Part shown: positions 9,059-18,309 of the stretch, piece after piece
Numbering within the stretch: position 1 is the first letter of the stretch
How the letters are laid out: each line of letters begins with the position of its first letter
Source: Octopus sinensis
Taxonomy: Eukaryota
Assembly (NCBI RefSeq): GCF_006345805.1
Contig: NW_021824139.1
Location: 1 to 20,248 of the forward strand
Reading direction: 5' to 3'
Length of the DNA: 20,248 bases
Program-made: the position numbers and the translations under genes
Notes under the pieces: model-generated
What the model saw: the letters and a program-made list of their open reading frames with translations, nothing else
Databases searched by the model: none
Told to the model about the DNA's origin: nothing

Positions 9059-11079
9059 TTGTTACGTCCCCAAAGCACGGAGGCCAGTCTATGCGGTACT
9101 GGCTACGGCCACGTTCGGATGATTTTCTTGTGTGCCACCGGCACTGTACCACAAAGATACAAATTCCATTTATGTTCATCTATTTTGATTTGTTTTGATT
9201 TGATTTGATTTGATTTTCACTTGCCTCAACAGGTCTTCACAAGTGTCACAAGAAGGAAGGTATGCACAGGTGGACTGACTACGTCCCAGGTAGGGGCCAC
9301 GGGTTATGGCCTGACTAGTCTTGCCGGGTCTTCGGATGGTGTTTTTATGTGCCACCGACACAGGTGCCAGATGAGGCTGGCGAACGGCCACGATCGGATG
9401 GTGTTTGTCGCGTGCCCACAGCACGGAGGCCAGTCGATGCGGTACTGGCTACTGCCACGTTCGGATGGTTTTCTTGTGTGCCACCGGCACTGGTACCACA
9501 AAGATACAAATTCCATTGATGTTCATCTATTTTGATTTGATTTGATTTGATTTGATTTGATTTTCACTTGCCTCAACAGGTCTTCACAAGTGTCACAAGA
9601 AGGAAGGAAGGTATGCACAGGTGGACTGACTACGTCCCAGGCAGGGGCCACGGGTTATGGCCTGACTAGTCTTGCCGGGTCTTCGGTTGGTGTTTTTATG
9701 TGCCACCGACACAGGTGCCAGATGAGGCTGGCGGACGGCCACGATCGGATGGTGTTTGTTATGTGCCCACATCACAGAGGCCAGTCGATGCGGTACTGGC
9801 TACGGCCACGTTCAGATGGTTTTCTTGTGTGCCACCGGTACTGGTACCACAAAGATACAAATTCCATTGATGTTCATCTATTTGATTTGGTTTGATTTGA
9901 TTTGATTTGATTTTGATTTGATTTTCACTTGCCTCAACAGGTCTACACAAGTGTCACACACTTGCCTCAACAGGTCTTCACAAGTGTCATAAGTAGGAAG
10001 GTATGCACAGGTGGACTGACTACGTCGCCGGGTCTTCGGATGGTGTTTTTATGTGCCACCGACACAGGTGCCAGATGTGGCTGGCGAACGGCCACGATCG
10101 GATGGTTTTCTTGTGTGCCACCGGTACTGGAACCACAAAGATACAAATTCCATTGATGTTCATCTATTTTGATTTGGTTTGATTTTCACTTGCCTCAACA
10201 GGTCTTCACAAGTGTCACACACTTGCCTCAACAGGTCTCCACAAGTGTCACACACTTGCCTCTGCCTCAACAGGTCTTCACAGAGTGTCACACACTTGCC
10301 TCTGCCTCAACAGGTCTTCACAAGTGTCATAAGAGGGAAGGTATGCACAGGTGGACTGACTACGTCGCCGGGTCTTTGGATGGTGTTTTTATGTGCCACC
10401 GACACAGGTGCCAGATGAGGCTGGCGAACGGCCACGATCAGATGGTGTTTGTTGTGCCCACAGCACCGAGGCCAGTCGATGCGGTACTGGCTACGGCCAC
10501 GTTCGGATGGTTTTCTTGTGTGCCACCGGTACTGGAACCACAAAGATACAAATTCCATTGATATTCATCTATTTTGATTTGGTTTGATTTTCCCTTGCCT
10601 CAACAGGTCTTCACAAGGGTCACACACTTGCCTCAACAGGTCTCCACAAGTGTCACACACTTGCCTCTGCCTCAACAGGTCTTCACAAGTGTCACAAGAG
10701 GGAAGGTATGCACAGGTGGACTGACTACGTCGCCGGGTCTTCGGATGGTGTCTTTATGTGCCACCGGCACAGGTGCCAGATGAGGCTGGCGGACGGCCAC
10801 GATCGGATGGTGTTTGTTGTGCCCACAGCACGGAGGCCAGTCGATGCGGTACTGGCTACGGCCACGTTTGGGTGGTTTTCTTGTGTGCCACCGGCACTGG
10901 TACCACAAAGAATACAATTCCACTGATGTTCATCTATTTTGATTTGTTTTGATTTGATTTGATTTTCACTTGCCTCAACAGGTCTTCATAAGTGTCACAA
11001 GAAGGAAGGTATGCACGGGACTGACTACGTCCCAGGCAGGGGCCACGGGTTATGGCCTGACTAGTCTTGCCGGGTCTTC
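8985..11079. repeat. Tandem array of 6 units (337-365 bp) of the RTE proximal 3'UTR
   Basis: The junction GCCGGGTCTT(C/T) ends at 9333, 9684, 10037, 10377, 10742 and 11079; only the last continues into the RT ORF. Confidence 0.92.
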
Positions 11080-11513
11080 TCACGCACAGCATACTTCCAT
11101 AGGTCTCGGTCTCTAGACATTTCCTTAGTGAGACCTAAAGTTCGAAGGTCGTGCTTCACCACCTCGTCCCAGGTTTTCCTGGGTCTACCTCTTCCACAGG
11201 TTCCCTCAACTGCTAGGGTGTAGCACTTTTGCACACAACTATCTTCAGCCTTTCTCGTCACATGACCATACCAGCGCAGCCGTCTCTCTTGCACGCCACA
11301 GCTGACGCTTCTTAGGTTCAACTTTTCTCTCAAGGAACTTACACTCTGACGATTATGAACACTGACATTACACATCCATCGGAGCATACTGGCTTCATTT
11401 CTTGCGAGCTTACGCATATCCTCAGCAGTCACGGCCCATGTTTCACTACCATGTAGCATGGCTGTACGTACACATGCATCATACAGTCTGCCTTTTACTC
11501 TGAGCGAGAGGCC
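11061..11513 (-). pseudogene. RTE ORF2 C-terminal fragment with an open frame
   Basis: GLSLRVKGRLYDACVRTAMLHGSETWAV...RRLRWYGHVTRK...GRGRPRKTWDEVVKHDL...DRDLWKYAVREKTRQD*; the YGSETW-like and LRWxGHV motifs are diagnostic of RTE. Confidence 0.9.
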
Positions 11514-11515
11514 TT

Positions 11516-11540
11516 ATATATATATATGTATATGTGTATA

Positions 11541-11622
<82 letters not shown>

Positions 11623-12000
11623 ATTTCTGTGTGTATGTATGTGGTATGTATGTATGTATTATGCATGTATGTACGGATGTGTGTGTGTATGTACGTATGT
11701 ACGTAAGTATGTGTGCACGTATATATGTATTATGTATGTATTATGTATGCGTATATGTACGTATGTACGTCTGTATATACGTATGCATGTACGTATGGAC
11801 GTATGTATGTATGTATGTATGTGTATGTTTGTATGTATGTATGTATGTACGTAAGAATGTATGTACGTAAGAATGTACGTAAGTATGTATGTATGTATGT
11901 ATGTACGTATTATGTATGTATGTATGTACGTATGTACGTATGTATATACGTATGCATGTACGTATGTATGTATGTATGTGTGTGTGTGTGTGCGTGCGTG
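11516..12000 (+). repeat. (AT)n followed by a degenerate (TATG)n/(TACG)n and (TG)n microsatellite
   Basis: Direct low-complexity runs; source of the YVCM/HTYI ORFs. Confidence 0.95.
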
Positions 12001-12009
12001 TATTGTGGC

Positions 12010-12185
12010 TTTGTGTGTGTGTCTGTCGTTTACGTTTATCTCCATGTGACTTAGCGGTTCGCTATAAAAGGCCAATAAAATCTACCAGACAAAAATAATA
12101 ACTGGTGTCAGTTTCTTAGATTAAAATTCTTCAATGCGGTGCCCCAGCGTGGCCGCAGTCTAATAACTGAGAAAAGTGAAAAAAC
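12010..12185 (+). mobile_element. Diverged CORE-SINE 3' half
   Basis: GTGACTTAGCGGTTCG...GCGGTGCCCCAGCGTGGCCGCAGTCTAATAACTGA matches the family tail. Confidence 0.7.
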
Positions 12186-12428
12186 TACAAAATTCCTTGG
12201 TAACACTTTAAACTAAGGGACGTAACTCTTGTACTTCCCACTGTGGCTTTACCTGCTAGAAATAGCAGCCAAAATGGTTTTAAACCAGATCCCAATGCTG
12301 GATCTTCAACACCCAAATGAAGAGCAGAGTTTCAATCCTGGGATCATCCTGATTCCAAAAGGGTAGAATATGTCTATGTAGACTGAGGGACAGGGGTCAC
12401 AGGCACAAGGGAATTTCGCTTTTATTAA

Positions 12429-12659
12429 GGCGCGAGCTGGCAGGAACGTTTGCACGCCGGGCGAAATGCTTAGCAGTATTTCGTCTGCCGTTACGTTCTG
12501 GGTTCAAATTCCGCCGAGGTCGACTTAGCCTTTCATTCTTTCGGGGTCCATTAAATAAGTACCAGTTACGCACTGGGGTCGAAATAGACGACTTAATTCG
12601 TTTGTCTGTCCTTGTTTGTCCTCTCTGTGTTTAGCCCCTTGTGGGTAGTAAAGAAATAG
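12429..12659 (+). mobile_element. Near-complete young tRNA-derived SINE (A-box about 12438-12448, B-box 12501-12512, Meta/Nin-like central domain)
   Basis: TGGCAGGAACG A-box-like, GGTTCAAATTCC B-box, and GCCTTTCATTCTTTCGGGGTCCATTAAATAAGTACCAG resembling the conserved metazoan SINE domain. I cannot separate Meta/MESC from Nin by eye. Confidence 0.85.
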
Positions 12660-14752
12660 GTATTTCGTCTGCCGTTACGTTCTGAGTTCAAATTCCGCCG
12701 AGGTCGACTTTGCCTTTCATTCTTTCGGGGTCCATTAAATAAGTACCAGTTACGCACTGGGGTCGATACAGACGACTTAATCCGTTTGTCTGTCCTTGTT
12801 TGTCCACTCTGTGTTTAGCCCCTTCTGGGTAGTAAAGAAATAGGTATTTCGTCTGCCGTTACGTTCTGAGTTCAAATTCCGCCGAGGTCGACTTTGCCTT
12901 TCATCCTTTCGGGGTCGATTAAATAAGTACCAGTTACGCACTGGGGTCGATATAGTCGACTTAATCCGTTTGTCTGTCCTTGTTTGTCCCGTCTGGGTTT
13001 ATCCCCTTATGGGTAGTAAAGAAATAGGTATTTCGTCTGCCGTTACGTTCTGAGTTCAAATTCCGCCGAGGTCGACTTTGCCTTTCATCCTTTCGGGGTC
13101 CATTAAATAAGTACCAGTTACGCACTAGGGTCGATATTACCGACTTAATCCGTTTGTCTGTCCTTGTTTGTCCCGTCTGTGTTTAGCCCCTTGTGGGTAG
13201 TAAAGAAATAGGTATTTCATCTGCCGTTACGTTCTGGGTTCAAATTCCGCCGAGGTCGACCTTGCCCTTCATCCTTTCGGGGTCGATAAATTAAGTACCA
13301 GTTACGCACTGGGGTCGATATAATCGACTTAATCCGTTTGTCTGTCCTTGTTTGTCCCGTCTGTGTATATCCCCTTGTGGGTAGTAAAGAAATAGGCATT
13401 TCGTCTGCCGTTACGTTCTGGGTTCAAATTCCGCCGCGGTCGACTTTGCCTTTCATCCTTTCGGGGTCCATTAAATAAGTACCAGTTACGCACTGGGGTC
13501 GATATAGTCGACTTAATCCGTTTGTCTGTCCTTGTTTGTCCCGTCTGTGTTTAGCCCCTTGGGGTAGTAAAGAAATAGGTATTTCATCTGCCGTTACGTT
13601 CTGGGTTCAAATTCCGCCGAGGTCGACCTTGCCCTTCATCCTTTCGGGGTCGATAAATTAAGTACCAGTTACGCACTGGGGTCGATATAATCGACTTAAT
13701 CCGTTTGTCTGTCCTTGTTTGTCCCGTCTGTGTATATCCCCTTGTGGGTAGTAAAGAAATAGGCATTTCGTCTGCCGTTACGTTCTGGGTTCAAATTCCG
13801 CCGCGGTCGACTTTGCCTTTCATCCTTTCGGGGTCCATTAAATAAGTACCAGTTACGCACTGGGGTCGATATAGTCGACTTAATCCGTTTGTCTGTCCTT
13901 GTTTGTCCCGTCTGTGTTTAGCCCCTTGTGGGTAGTAAAGAAATAGGTATTTCATCTGCCGTTACGTTCTGGGTTCAAATTCCGCCGAGGTCGACCTTGC
14001 CTTTCATCCTTTCGGGGTCGATAAATTAAGTACCAGTTACGCACTGGGGTCGATATAATCGACTTAATCCGTTTGTCTGTCCTTGTTTGTCCCGTCTGTG
14101 TATATCCCCTTGTGGGTAGTAAAGAAATAGGCATTTCGTCTGCCGTTACGTTCTGGGTTCAAATTCCGCCGCGGTCGACTTTGCCTTTCATCCTTTCGGG
14201 GTCGATTAAATAAGTACCAGTTACGCACTGGGGTCGATATAGTCGACTTAATCCGTTTGTCTGTCCTTGTTTGTCCCGTCTGTGTTAAGCCCCTTGTGGG
14301 TAGTAAAGAAATAGGTATTTCGTCTGCCCTTACGTTCTGAGTTCAAATTCCGCCGAGGTCGACTTTGCCTTTCATCCTTTCGGGGTCCATTAAATAAGTA
14401 CCAGTTACGCACTAGGGTCGATATTACCGACTTAATCCGTTTGTCTGTCCTTGTTTGTCCCGTCTGTGTTTAGCCCCTTGTGGGTAGTAAAGAAATAGGT
14501 ATTTCTTCTGCCGTTACGTTATGAGTTCAAATTCCGCCGAGGTCGACTTTGCCTTTCATCCTTTCGGGGTCCATTAAATAAGTACCAGTTACGCACTGGG
14601 GTCGATGTAGTCGACTTAATCCGTTTGTCTGTCCTTGTTTGTCCCGTCTGTGTTTATCCCCTTATGGGTAGTAAAGAAATAGGTATTTCGTCTGCCGTTA
14701 CGTTCTGAGTTCAACAATTCCGCCGAGGTCGACTTTGCCTTTCATCCTTTCG
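12476..14752 (+). repeat. SINE-derived satellite: 12 full 184-bp units plus one partial
   Basis: Units start at 12476, 12660, 12844, 13028, 13212, 13396, 13579, 13763, 13947, 14131, 14315, 14499 and 14683 (partial). Confidence 0.97.
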
Positions 14753-14754
14753 GA

Positions 14755-14819
14755 TGTTATAATATAACACACTCACCGGTAAAATTCCCACTTTTTTCTT
14801 ATTTTTATTGTACTTGCAA

Positions 14820-14861
<42 letters not shown>

Positions 14862-15010
14862 CATACATATGTATATAGGTTGCAAGACGCAACGAAAATT
14901 TTAGGACAATAAAAATAAGAAAAAAGTGGGAATTTTACCGGTGAGTGTTTTACATAATAAGGCACAAAAAGAAAATGATTCTCTCCAGACACAACAGAAT
15001 TATTGAACTT
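14755..15010. mobile_element. Foldback/MITE-like element with long inverted arms and a nested small inverted repeat
   Basis: Perfect 43-bp inverted repeat at 14769-14811 / 14906-14948; inner 15-bp inverted repeat at 14813-14827 / 14872-14886 around (AT)n. The right arm continues to about 15010 and matches 19650-19745 in inverted orientation. Confidence 0.8.
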
Positions 15011-15029
15011 CAGTATTACAACAACCAAA

Positions 15030-15470
15030 AAATAGAAACACATTTTCTTATGCGAATATAGTGTTGCGTTGACAATTTCAATTCAAAGTTTTTATTCATT
15101 CTGCAAATCTTGTCCGTTGATCCCATGCTAAAAACGTCCTTATAGACATTGGTTTGAGTTTTACCTGTAGGGGTGAAAATGAAAAAATTGTCTTTGCTCC
15201 CCACTCTGGAACCCCAGGATATGTCTGTGTGAAAAACAAGCCTTCTCTAATTGCAAAGAAGTAACTTTGAATGTCTGATTTTGATACTTATCAATGGACA
15301 TCGCAAGAGACTGACGTATTGGAAATTGAAGTCGTTTGAGTTCGAAGGGAATATTTGAAGGTATTAAACTTAAGTGAGGCATAAATATATCTTCACCTTT
15401 TCCAAAGACAAAAAATATTCTGGCTTCTATGATATTTCTCGTTAATTTTTTGGATTTTCTTTTGTTATTG
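15030..15470 (-). pseudogene. Helitron RepHel / PIF1-like helicase C-terminal remnant
   Basis: KKLTRNIIEARI../GKGEDIFMPHLSLIPSNIPFELKRLQFPIRQSLAMSIDKYQNQTFK...CFSH../GSKDNFFIFTPTGKTQTNVYKDV parallels the Helitron consensus IPRIPLIP..PF.FKR.QFP.R.AFAMTINKSQGQT...FSHGQLYV..SRV...T.N.VY.EV. Confidence 0.85.
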
Positions 15471-15539
15471 TCTGCTATTCATACAGGCGCACAAGAAGTG
15501 TATGAACATACACACTACTTGTCTTTATACTTCTCTGTC

Positions 15540-15541
15540 TG

Positions 15542-15625
<84 letters not shown>

Positions 15626-15759
15626 ACTATCTATCTATCTATCTATCTAACTATCTATCTATCTATCTCTCTTTCTATCTATCTATCTATCTATCTCTCT
15701 ATCTATTTATCTATCTATCTATTTATCTATCTATCTATTTATCTATCTATCTATTTATC

Positions 15760-15790
<31 letters not shown>

Positions 15791-15793
15791 CTA
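15540..15793 (+). repeat. (ATCT)n tetranucleotide microsatellite
   Basis: About 250-bp direct run. Confidence 0.97.
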
Positions 15794-16291
15794 AGGAAAG
15801 TGAGAATAGAGAGGCAAGTTTTGTCTAGCGAATGTTTTAAAAAAAGATGGGTGAATGTAGCAAGAATGGCACGTATGAATGACGAAGCCACCTTGAGCAT
15901 AATCCTATGAACCCAGAAATTGAAAACAGAGATTTGCTTATTTGCAAAAAAAAAAAAAAAAAAAAAAAAATATAAAATGTGACTTCATTGACCGAGGTTA
16001 CCGTGGTCTTTTCCGTAGGCTTTTCTTTCCACGGGTAAACCTCACCTGTCCTCCCCTTTACACTTCATATTGACATTTCTGTGATAACGATCCCTATTGA
16101 TCAATTTTTTTTTTTTTTTTTTCCTCTCCTCCCTTTTTTAACCCCCCCTTTTTTGTCCTCTTTCTCTCCTTTTACGATCCCTTTTGATCGAAACTCCCCC
16201 CTTTCCTTTTTTTTTTTAAACCTTCAAAAGAAAAGCTCTACCTTGTAATTTGTTCTATCTGTGTGCAGCCCTGTGTGGCTAATAAAGAAAC
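15794..16291 (+). mobile_element. 5'-truncated Tx1/L1-type LINE 3' end (ORF2 C-terminus 15794-15910, 3'UTR, AATAAA at 16281)
   Basis: Frame RKVRIERQVLSSECFKKRWVNVARMARMNDEATLSIIL* has the F..RW end typical of L1/Tx1. It is followed by a pyrimidine-rich UTR, TGTAAT and a polyadenylation signal. Confidence 0.65.
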
Positions 16292-16402
16292 ATATATATA
16301 TCTATCTATCTATCTATCTATCTCTCTATCTATCTATCTGTATATATACATATATGTGTGCGAGGAGAGAGAGAGAGAGAGGGAGAGAGAGAGAAAGAGA
16401 GA
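16292..16402 (+). repeat. (TA)/(TATC)/(GA) compound microsatellite
   Basis: Direct runs. Confidence 0.9.
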
Positions 16403-16493
16403 GAAATATAACTATAGATACAGGTACGAAAAAATACCTTAGGAATGTGAACTCAAATTTCCCCAAGACACCTGATGAAGGCTGGAGGGTATA
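16403..16493 (+). mobile_element. Penelope-like element terminal-repeat fragment with half of a hammerhead ribozyme
   Basis: AAAAATACCTTAGGAATG...TTTCCCCAAGACACCTGATGAAGGCTGG carries a CTGATGA core at 16472-16478; the expected CAGCC-GAAA half is absent. Confidence 0.55.
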
Positions 16494-16774
16494 CAAAATA
16501 ACATCTAGAATTACTTCCCTTGCGTCATATAAAACCGACGTGAGAGTTTCGAATTGAAATGGGTTCGTTTTTCGCTTGCGAAGGGGACACGAGCATTGAC
16601 GCATCAACAGACACACATACGCATGCAAGCTTCCTGCTGATACCTTTAACAATTAAACATCAACTAGCTTATAATTTACATTTAATTACACGCCACAACT
16701 ATATAAAGTAATAACAATATCTAGTACAACCCTTTGTTATTATTTTGTTTCAGATATGCGTGTCTGAGTATATA

Positions 16775-16881
16775 CACCTATGTATGTATGTATGTATGTA
16801 TGTATGTATGTATGTATGTATGTATGAATATATATAGATAAATAGATAGATAGATATATAGATACATATATATATATCTAT

Positions 16882-16925
<44 letters not shown>
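16775..16925 (+). repeat. (TATG)n/(TAGA)n/(TA)n microsatellite
   Basis: Direct runs. Confidence 0.95.
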
Positions 16926-16930
<5 letters not shown>

Positions 16931-17316
16931 ACTTGTTTCAGTCATTTGACTGCGGCCATGCTGGAGCACCAGCTTTAGTCGAGCAAATCGACCCCGGGAC
17001 TTATTCTTTGTAAGCCCAGTACTTATTCTATCGGTCTCTTTTGCCGAACCGCTAAGTGACGGGGACGTACACACACCAGCATCGGTTGTCAAGCAATGCT
17101 AGGAGGACAAACACAGACACACAAACACACACATACATATATATATATATGTACATGTATACGATAGGCTTCTTTCAGTTTCCCTCTACCAAATCCACTC
17201 ACAAGGCTTTGGTCGGCCCGGGGCTATAGCAGAAGACACTTGCCCAAGATGCCACGCAGTGGGACTGAACCCGGAACCATGTGGTTGGTTAGCAAGCCAC
17301 ACTGCCACTCCAGCGA
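16926..17316 (-). mobile_element. Near-full-length CORE-type SINE
   Basis: The reverse complement shows a tRNA-like head, B-box GGTTCAGTCCC, CORE-like ATCTTGGGCAAGTGTCTTCTG, internal microsatellite, and tail ending GGCCGCAGTCAAATGACTGAAACAAGTAAAA. Confidence 0.9.
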
Positions 17317-17407
17317 CTATGTTTATATATTTATTGCCTAAACTGGCAAAATGACCATTCCGAATTATAACCATATATATATATATATATGTATACATAT
17401 ATGGTTG

Positions 17408-17454
<47 letters not shown>

Positions 17455-17469
17455 CTATATATATTGTAT

Positions 17470-17681
17470 ACTCTTTTACATGTTTCAGTCATTTGACTGT
17501 GGCCATGCTGGAGCACCGACTTTTGTCCAGTAGATCGACCCGAGGACCTATTATTTGTAAACCTAGTACTTATTCTATCGGTCTCCTATACCGAACCGCT
17601 AAGTTAAGGGGACGCAAACACACCAGCATCGGTTGTGAAACTATGTTGGGAGGACAAACACAGACACAGTAACATACACAC

Positions 17682-17729
<48 letters not shown>

Positions 17730-17890
17730 TCATATATACGACGGGCTTCCTTCTGTTTCCGTGTACAAAATCCACTGACAAAGCTTTGGTCGGTCCGTAG
17801 GCTATGGTAGAAGACATTTGCCCATGGTGCCATGTAGTGGGATTGAACCCGGAACCATGTGGTTGGTAAGCGAGCTACTTCCCATACAGA
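17470..17890 (-). mobile_element. Second near-full-length CORE-type SINE, same orientation
   Basis: Same head (GGTTCAATCCC), CORE-like region, internal (TA)/(TATG) run and tail; more diverged. Confidence 0.88.
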
Positions 17891-18182
17891 CACTCTTGTT
17901 TGTTAACCTGAGAACAAGTTGAAGGTGAGCTCTGACTGGTTGTATGCAAATTAGTTCATTAATGGGATCCGGAACACTCGAGGGAGAAAAAAAATTTCGT
18001 GGCTGGGTCAAATGAGACGATGCGACCAACATGGGTATGGGTGGACTGTGCTCACACACGCACAAACACCCACACATATAGATACATGCAAAGACGCACA
18101 CTCGTAGATATTTATGCTTTAAAAATGTTGACCTTAAAACCGTGACATTCTGAAGAAATTGTATGAGTGTGTGGGTCAGCCA

Positions 18183-18185
<3 letters not shown>

Positions 18186-18225
<40 letters not shown>
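18186..18225 (+). repeat. (GT)n microsatellite
   Basis: Direct run. Confidence 0.97.
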
Positions 18226-18227
<2 letters not shown>

Positions 18228-18309
18228 TTCATTTCTGTTTCGCTGAATTTGTGAAAGCGGGACGGAGAAGTTGTTGACATCGATAACAATTTTCGTATAT
18301 TGCTTCTTC

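Larger units (their letters stand above)
8635..11515 (-). mobile_element. 5'-truncated RTE-clade LINE with an internally amplified 3'UTR
   Basis: RT C-terminus at 11061-11513, 3'UTR, and (GAT)n tail at 8635-8658. Confidence 0.9.

Noticed and set aside
8287-10952. Many 60-190 aa ORFs with repeated CHRHRC / VPPTQVP motifs
   Set aside because: They are translations of RTE 3'UTR repeats in several frames on both strands, with no coding signature.
11458-12098. YVCM/HTYI-rich ORFs (similar ones at 5621-6028, 15429-15828 and 17331-17672)
   Set aside because: Microsatellite translations.
13217-14134. Three near-identical 60-aa ORFs as a gene cluster
   Set aside because: They are antisense readings of the satellite dimer.
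12476-14752. CRISPR-like or tRNA-gene array
   Set aside because: There are no unique spacers, the context is eukaryotic, and the units lack the A-box and a cloverleaf; they are SINE bodies.
12476-14752. Retrozyme (hammerhead-bearing tandem repeat)
   Set aside because: I found no CUGANGA...GAAA core on either strand of the 184-bp unit. Other ribozyme classes were not testable by eye.
16520-16640. Short CpG-richer unique segment
   Set aside because: No structure, motif or ORF could be supported.
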